Shown here piece by piece: positions 57,912 through 64,000 of a stretch of DNA of 64,000 nt. The translations under genes and the position numbers were made by a program. The stretch lies in NCBI GenBank assembly GCA_039586795.1, contig JBDHJS010000007.1, positions 32,001 through 96,000 of the forward strand, read 5' to 3'. Within the stretch, counting starts at the first letter, position 1. Every line of letters begins with the position of its first letter. The notes beneath the pieces are model-generated. The model ran no database searches, had not been told where the DNA came from, and saw nothing but the letters and a program-made list of their open reading frames with translations. This DNA comes from Gemmatimonadota bacterium. Its GTDB lineage: Bacteria > Gemmatimonadota > Gemmatimonadetes > Palauibacterales > KS3-K002.

Positions 57912-59042
57912 ATGCGCAAACCCCTGATCGCCGCAACAGCCCTGGTCCTCACATCCACATCAGCCTTCGCCCAAGACGACCGACCCGCATTCTCAATACC
58001 CATCATCGATCTAGCAGACGAAACGGACCGGCAGGTCATTGTCGATAGAGAGCCCGGCCAATACCTGGGTCATCCGACCACCGTGCTGCTGGAGGATGGC
58101 AGCACCATGATCGCAGTTTATCCCAAGGGTCACGGACGCGGCGCCATAGTCATGAAGAGTAGCTACGATGGCGGTTCAACGTGGAGCGAGCGCTTGCCGG
58201 TCCCAGAGAACTGGGCGACGTCGCGGGAGGTCCCAACGATCTACCGGGTCATCGACAAGCAAGGCACAAAACGACTTGTCGTATTCTCCGGCCTCTATCC
58301 GATCCGGTCGGCCGTTTCTGATGACGACGGCCTGACCTGGACACCCCTCGCCCCGATCGGAGACTTTGGCGGTATAGTAGCCATGGCATCCCTCGCACGC
58401 CTGACAAGCGGCGAGTACATGGCTTTCTTTCACGACGACGGGCGCTTCTTGAGAGGCTCCGGGGAGCGGTCTTTGTTTCAAGTATTCAAGACACTGTCAG
58501 AAGACGGCGGTCTCACCTGGAGCGAGCCCTCAGTAGTTGCGGAGCATCCCGAGGCTCACCTTTGCGAGCCTGGACTGGTTCGGTCACCAGATGGAAAGCA
58601 GATCGCACTCCTCCTCCGCGAGAACAGCCGCAAATTCAACTCGTTTGTCGTGTTCTCCGACGATGACGGAAAGACCTGGTCGACTCCCGTCGAGTTGCCA
58701 GGCGCCCTCACCGGCGACAGACACACGGCCCGCTACGCGCCTGACGGCCGGCTGTTCGTGACCTTCCGCGACATGGCACGTGGAAGCCCGACCTGGGGCG
58801 ATTGGGTCGGCTGGGTCGGCACGTACGAGGACATCGTGGCCGGGCGTGAAGGGCAGTACCGGGTCCGGTTGATGGACAACACGTATAGATCTGACACCGC
58901 GTACCCGGGACTCGAGCTACTGCCGGATGGCACGTTCGTGACGACAACCTATGGGCACTGGGATGAGGGAGAGGAACCGTATATCGTCAGCGTGAGGTTT
59001 CGGATAGAGGAGCTTGATGTCCGGGCTGAGCAAATGCGTTAA
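57912..59042 (+). CDS. BNR/Asp-box sialidase-family protein, exported
   Basis: GAGG SD; signal AFA-Q; SYDGGSTWS, SDDDGLTWT, SEDGGLTWS, SDDDGKTWS. Confidence 0.88.
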   Translation: MRKPLIAATALVLTSTSAFAQDDRPAFSIPIIDLADETDRQVIVDREPGQYLGHPTTVLLEDGSTMIAVYPKGHGRGAIVMKSSYDGGSTWSERLPVPENWATSREVPTIYRVIDKQGTKRLVVFSGLYPIRSAVSDDDGLTWTPLAPIGDFGGIVAMASLARLTSGEYMAFFHDDGRFLRGSGERSLFQVFKTLSEDGGLTWSEPSVVAEHPEAHLCEPGLVRSPDGKQIALLLRENSRKFNSFVVFSDDDGKTWSTPVELPGALTGDRHTARYAPDGRLFVTFRDMARGSPTWGDWVGWVGTYEDIVAGREGQYRVRLMDNTYRSDTAYPGLELLPDGTFVTTTYGHWDEGEEPYIVSVRFRIEELDVRAEQMR

Positions 59043-59069
59043 TGATCGATCCTCAACACTCAGCCCTGA

Positions 59070-60983
59070 TCATTGCGACTTCTCAACAACATAAGCCTCC
59101 ATAGCATAATACTCCGCCAACCCCAATCGATCCGCCCGCGCCGCCGTATCCAGATTCCGCGCCTCAACACGCTGCCAGAACTCGCGGTCGTCATAACCAC
59201 CCGGGAACGGAGCGACATCCTTCTGCGACTGATGCTTGAAGATCGAAAGGATCTTCCTACGGAGTTCCCCTTGTGACAACGGCACGAGGACGTCGGCTGC
59301 GGTCAACGACCATTCCTCCCACGCGCCTCTGTACAGCCACACCTCCGGGCTTGTGGCGTCGTAGCGCTCCAGCGCAGCGTCGATAGCAGCCTTGCACAGC
59401 CGGTGCGTGCCATGTGGATCGGAGAGATCGCCTGCCACGAACAACAAGTCCGGCTTGTGCTCGTTGAGCAGCGCGAGCACGATCTCCACGTCAGCCCTGT
59501 CGATCGGTCGCTTGCGGACCTCCCCCGTTCGGTAGAAAGGCAGGTTGAGGAAACGAGCCGCCGAGCGTGGCAGACCGACGGCCGCTATCGCAGCAACCGC
59601 TTCCGACTCACGCACAAAACGCTTGAGGTTTTGCACTCGCTCCGAGTCGACGTCACCCGGCCGCTTGCTGTTAAAGCGTTCCTCAATCTCGCGTCGCAAC
59701 TCGCGGATCAGTTCCGCGTCCATCCCAAGCGTCGGCGCCGACCGTTCGATGAAATCGAGGTGGCGCCGAACATCGTGATCGAACACCGCAATGTTTCCGC
59801 TGGTCATGTATGCGACGACTATATCGTTATCGTTCTCCCATAGCTTCCTCAGGATTCCGCCCATAGAAATCACGTCATCGTCCGGATGCGGTGAAAAGAC
59901 GATGATCCGCTTACCTGCGAAGAGCTTCGAGCGACCCCTGATTTTGTCCACCAGGCGGTTGAAGACTTCACCGTTTATCTCGCCCGATGCGGCATAGAGG
60001 TTGAGCAGCGGGCTCAAGTAGTTTTCTCGATAATCGCGCGCTGTCAACTTGAGTATCGCCTTGTCAGTTCGTTCGGCCAACCAGACAACGGCCTGCTCCC
60101 TCATCGGCGGTGACCAATCTACGCTCTCCAGCAGCCACGGTGTCTTTACGCGCGTTAGCTCGCCCGCCGCAGGAAGATCGAGATAGAACGTCGCGCTCGC
60201 GTGCTCCTGCAGGTACGTGGCCGTCACATCCTGCGACACGGGGCTTTCGACGGCGCGCCGTACAACGGGCGCTTTGTGTTCACCGGTCGCGATAATCGCT
60301 ATCTCACGCGCATCCAGGATCGAGGCGATTCCCATGGTTATCGCCTCGAGTGGCACGTTGTCCTCACCAAAGAAGTCGGCAGCTGCGTCCTTGCGCGTGA
60401 TCGTATCCAAGGTGATCAATCGTGTTCGTGACTCGGGCGGCGAGCCGGGCTCGTTGAATCCGATGTGTCCACTTCGCCCGATTCCGAGGACCTGCAAGTC
60501 GATTCCACCCGCTGCTCTGATCGCCTCCTCATAGGCTTGGCAGTGACCAAAGAGATCATCGCGCGGAACACCGCCATCCGGAATGTGAATATTGCGCGGG
60601 TCCAGATTCACGTGAGAGAAGAAGTTCTCCATCATGAAGAGCCGATAGCTGTGTATGCTATACGGCGACATCGGGTAGTACTCGTCCAGATTGAATGTCA
60701 CGACCTTCGAGAAGTCCACCTCGCCGGCCTCGTACTTTCGGATCAGCTCCCGATATACACCGATCGGCGTGCTTCCCGTCGCCAATCCGAGCACACAGCG
60801 ATCCTTCTCCTCGGTTTCACGATCGATGATTTCGACGATCCGCTCCGCGACCAGGACAGCCAGGTCATGGGGATCTTCAACAACAACTGTGTGGATGCGC
60901 TCTCGCTCGCGGGAACTCGAGATCGAGGCGATCGCCCCCGCCGTGGCGGGGTGACTGGGGGCGTGGGTCTCCACTCGCGGCAC
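59070..60983 (-). CDS. nagB: Glucosamine-6-phosphate deaminase fused to a PIG-L/LmbE-like domain
   Basis: LGLATGSTP, FNLDEY, GHIGFNEPGS; C-terminal FSPHPDDD, DPHGTH, FKHQSQ. Confidence 0.93.
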   Translation of the reverse strand: MPRVETHAPSHPATAGAIASISSSRERERIHTVVVEDPHDLAVLVAERIVEIIDRETEEKDRCVLGLATGSTPIGVYRELIRKYEAGEVDFSKVVTFNLDEYYPMSPYSIHSYRLFMMENFFSHVNLDPRNIHIPDGGVPRDDLFGHCQAYEEAIRAAGGIDLQVLGIGRSGHIGFNEPGSPPESRTRLITLDTITRKDAAADFFGEDNVPLEAITMGIASILDAREIAIIATGEHKAPVVRRAVESPVSQDVTATYLQEHASATFYLDLPAAGELTRVKTPWLLESVDWSPPMREQAVVWLAERTDKAILKLTARDYRENYLSPLLNLYAASGEINGEVFNRLVDKIRGRSKLFAGKRIIVFSPHPDDDVISMGGILRKLWENDNDIVVAYMTSGNIAVFDHDVRRHLDFIERSAPTLGMDAELIRELRREIEERFNSKRPGDVDSERVQNLKRFVRESEAVAAIAAVGLPRSAARFLNLPFYRTGEVRKRPIDRADVEIVLALLNEHKPDLLFVAGDLSDPHGTHRLCKAAIDAALERYDATSPEVWLYRGAWEEWSLTAADVLVPLSQGELRRKILSIFKHQSQKDVAPFPGGYDDREFWQRVEARNLDTAARADRLGLAEYYAMEAYVVEKSQ

Positions 60984-61188
60984 CTCTCCGAGTTTGACTG
61001 CGGTCCTGTGGTCGAATTCGACCGGTTTTGGCTCGTGCTCTGAGTCGTTGGGGCGGCTAATGTTACAATATAGCAGCCACCAACAAGACTGTGACCCGGC
61101 AGTGCTCTGATCCCCAAGCGCCGCATGCGACCTCGAAGCCCGGCGTTATATTGACAGCTCCGCTCAGCATGACACGTCTGAACGAGGC

Positions 61189-63051
61189 ATGATCGGCTCA
61201 ACCATGATCGATATTGCAGGCCTGACAGAGGCCATTCGCCGAGTGAGATCGGAGTTCTGGCTTCTGCTCGAGTTCGACGTCTTCTTCACGATTTTGGCGC
61301 TCGTGCTTCTACAGCCCTCGATTGCCGGGCTGACGAGTGTGACGATTTCCTCTACGGGGTACCCAACCGTCAGCAACGAGCAGCTGCTCACGTTTTTCTT
61401 CTCGCCGGTGGGTTTGCTGACCGCACTCGTATCTGGCAGTGGTGTCTTCGCCATTATCTTTGCTCAGCAGGCTGGGGTTCAGATCATCGACATGGCATCC
61501 GGGGACGACCAGCGCGTCACCGGCATGGAAGCGATCTGGCTGGCGGTAAAACAATTCGGTTCCCTGGCTAGACTTGGCGGTACGATGATAATCCTGTCCG
61601 CGCTGGCCGTACTGCCAATCCTCATTGCATTGAGAATGACGTACTCCACCTTGTTGTCCGGGGCCGACATCAACTTCTACCTGGCCGAGAAGCCCCCTGC
61701 GTTCCTGACGGCCGTAGCCGTTGGGTGCCTTCTTGTCGTGACTGCAATCGTGGTCGCTCTGATCCTTCTGGGACGCTGGATGCTCGCCGTACCTGTTGTG
61801 CTATTCGAGGGAGCGGGCGCGCGGGCCGCCTTGCGCCGCAGCGTCCAGCTTGGAAGCGGTCGTCGTGCGAAGTGGGTAGCCACGATACTGGCATGGACAG
61901 CACTTCCCGCTCTATTGACGGTCGTCGCTACGATAGTCTTCGGACAGCTCGGTTCGCTCGCGACGAGGATGGTGGGAGACCAGTTGAACACTCTGCTCAC
62001 TGCATTAGGATCAATCGCCATCGGTTACCTGATAGTCTTGACACTGATCGGTTACTTGGGCTCCACAATCGGCAGCGTCTACATAAACCTACAGTACAGG
62101 AATGCAACGCCCGATTGGGTGGCCGGTTCGCATTATGCTCCCAGGCGCGTAGCCCCTGAGCGATCGGCGAAGGCTGTGGCTCGCCTAAGAAAGATCAACA
62201 CCATTGCGTGGTTGGCGGCTATCACCTTGCTGGTCACCTCCGCAGTCACGACAACGCTTGTCGTGCGCGGTCTAGGCATTGCCGAATCGCCGGAAATAAC
62301 CGCGCATCGCGGAAGCTCCGCTCGCGCACCCGAGAACACGATCGCAGCTCTCGAAGCGGCCATCGAGGATGGCGCCGACTACGCCGAGATAGACGTTCAG
62401 GAGACCGCGGACGGTATAGTTGTGATGCTTCACGACGCCGACCTCAACAGATTGGCCGGAGTGAACTGGAAGATCTGGGAGACAAACTACGCTGATCTAG
62501 CATCCCTTGATGTGGGAAGTTGGTTCGCGCCCGAGTTCGCCGGACAGGGTATCGCAACGCTGAAGGATGCAATCGAAGTAGCCCGAGGGAGAATCGGCCT
62601 CAACATCGAGCTGAAGTACAATGGCCATGACGTTCACCTGGCGGAACGAGTCGTGGACGTTCTACGCGAAACCGACTTTATCGATCAGGTGTTGGTCAGC
62701 TCTCTGGAGCTCAGAGGCTTAAGGGAGGTAGAGTCGCTGAACAACCGCATCGAGACAGGTTTCATTGTCGCCAGCGCCATCGGTAATCTCAATCGAATCA
62801 ACGTTGATTTTTTCGCAGCGAGCACCAGCTTTGCGAGCTCGGGGCGCGTAGCGAGCTGGCAGCGTAATGGCAAAGATGTTCACGTGTGGACGGTCAACAG
62901 TCGCTCCGAGATGTCGAGGTTCATCGAAATGGGCGTCGACAATATCCTGACGGACTATCCCGCCGTGTTGAGGGCAATGCTGGACGAGCGGGAGCAACTG
63001 GACCGACCAGAGCGGATCCTGATCGCCTTTCGGAACTGGCTGCGGAACTGA
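61189..63051 (+). CDS. Glycerophosphodiester phosphodiesterase with N-terminal membrane domain
   Basis: Multiple TM segments; TAHRGSS, PENT, EIDVQET, IELK, VWTVN, ILTDYP. Confidence 0.9.
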   Translation: MIGSTMIDIAGLTEAIRRVRSEFWLLLEFDVFFTILALVLLQPSIAGLTSVTISSTGYPTVSNEQLLTFFFSPVGLLTALVSGSGVFAIIFAQQAGVQIIDMASGDDQRVTGMEAIWLAVKQFGSLARLGGTMIILSALAVLPILIALRMTYSTLLSGADINFYLAEKPPAFLTAVAVGCLLVVTAIVVALILLGRWMLAVPVVLFEGAGARAALRRSVQLGSGRRAKWVATILAWTALPALLTVVATIVFGQLGSLATRMVGDQLNTLLTALGSIAIGYLIVLTLIGYLGSTIGSVYINLQYRNATPDWVAGSHYAPRRVAPERSAKAVARLRKINTIAWLAAITLLVTSAVTTTLVVRGLGIAESPEITAHRGSSARAPENTIAALEAAIEDGADYAEIDVQETADGIVVMLHDADLNRLAGVNWKIWETNYADLASLDVGSWFAPEFAGQGIATLKDAIEVARGRIGLNIELKYNGHDVHLAERVVDVLRETDFIDQVLVSSLELRGLREVESLNNRIETGFIVASAIGNLNRINVDFFAASTSFASSGRVASWQRNGKDVHVWTVNSRSEMSRFIEMGVDNILTDYPAVLRAMLDEREQLDRPERILIAFRNWLRN

Positions 63052-63059
63052 GACACTAG

Positions 63060-64000
<941 letters not shown>

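Overview
GC-rich, gene-dense 64 kb window from a diderm bacterium (TonB receptor, several beta-barrels); protein families suggest Gemmatimonadota, which is an inference. It holds about 65 CDS: a hemE-hemH-hemY operon of coproporphyrin type, SCO/PCuAC copper chaperones, a cobalamin riboswitch with a btuB-btuG-like-btuFCD operon, a 7-gene glycoside oxidation cluster, tesA/ybbAP-lysA, a GbsR/MarR-regulated LolA-like/MacB-type ABC/barrel operon, a DUF1800-DUF1501 pair, an ECF sigma/anti-sigma/DUF4097 operon, and nagB, sialidase-like, GDPD and GH2 genes. No rRNA, tRNA, CRISPR or intact transposase was seen. Best candidate for a new system (20.2-27.6 kb): a Tat-anchored Gfo/Idh/MocA dehydrogenase carrying an ApbE-type flavinylation motif (DAVTSAT), encoded beside a signal-less ApbE and a DoxX protein. 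This suggests an FMNylated sugar dehydrogenase wired to the quinone pool. Also notable: a shared ECF promoter motif at three loci, a probable CTG start for the sigma factor, a palindromic bidirectional promoter/operator, and several repeat-bounded intergenic relics. All product calls come from motif recognition, not database searches.
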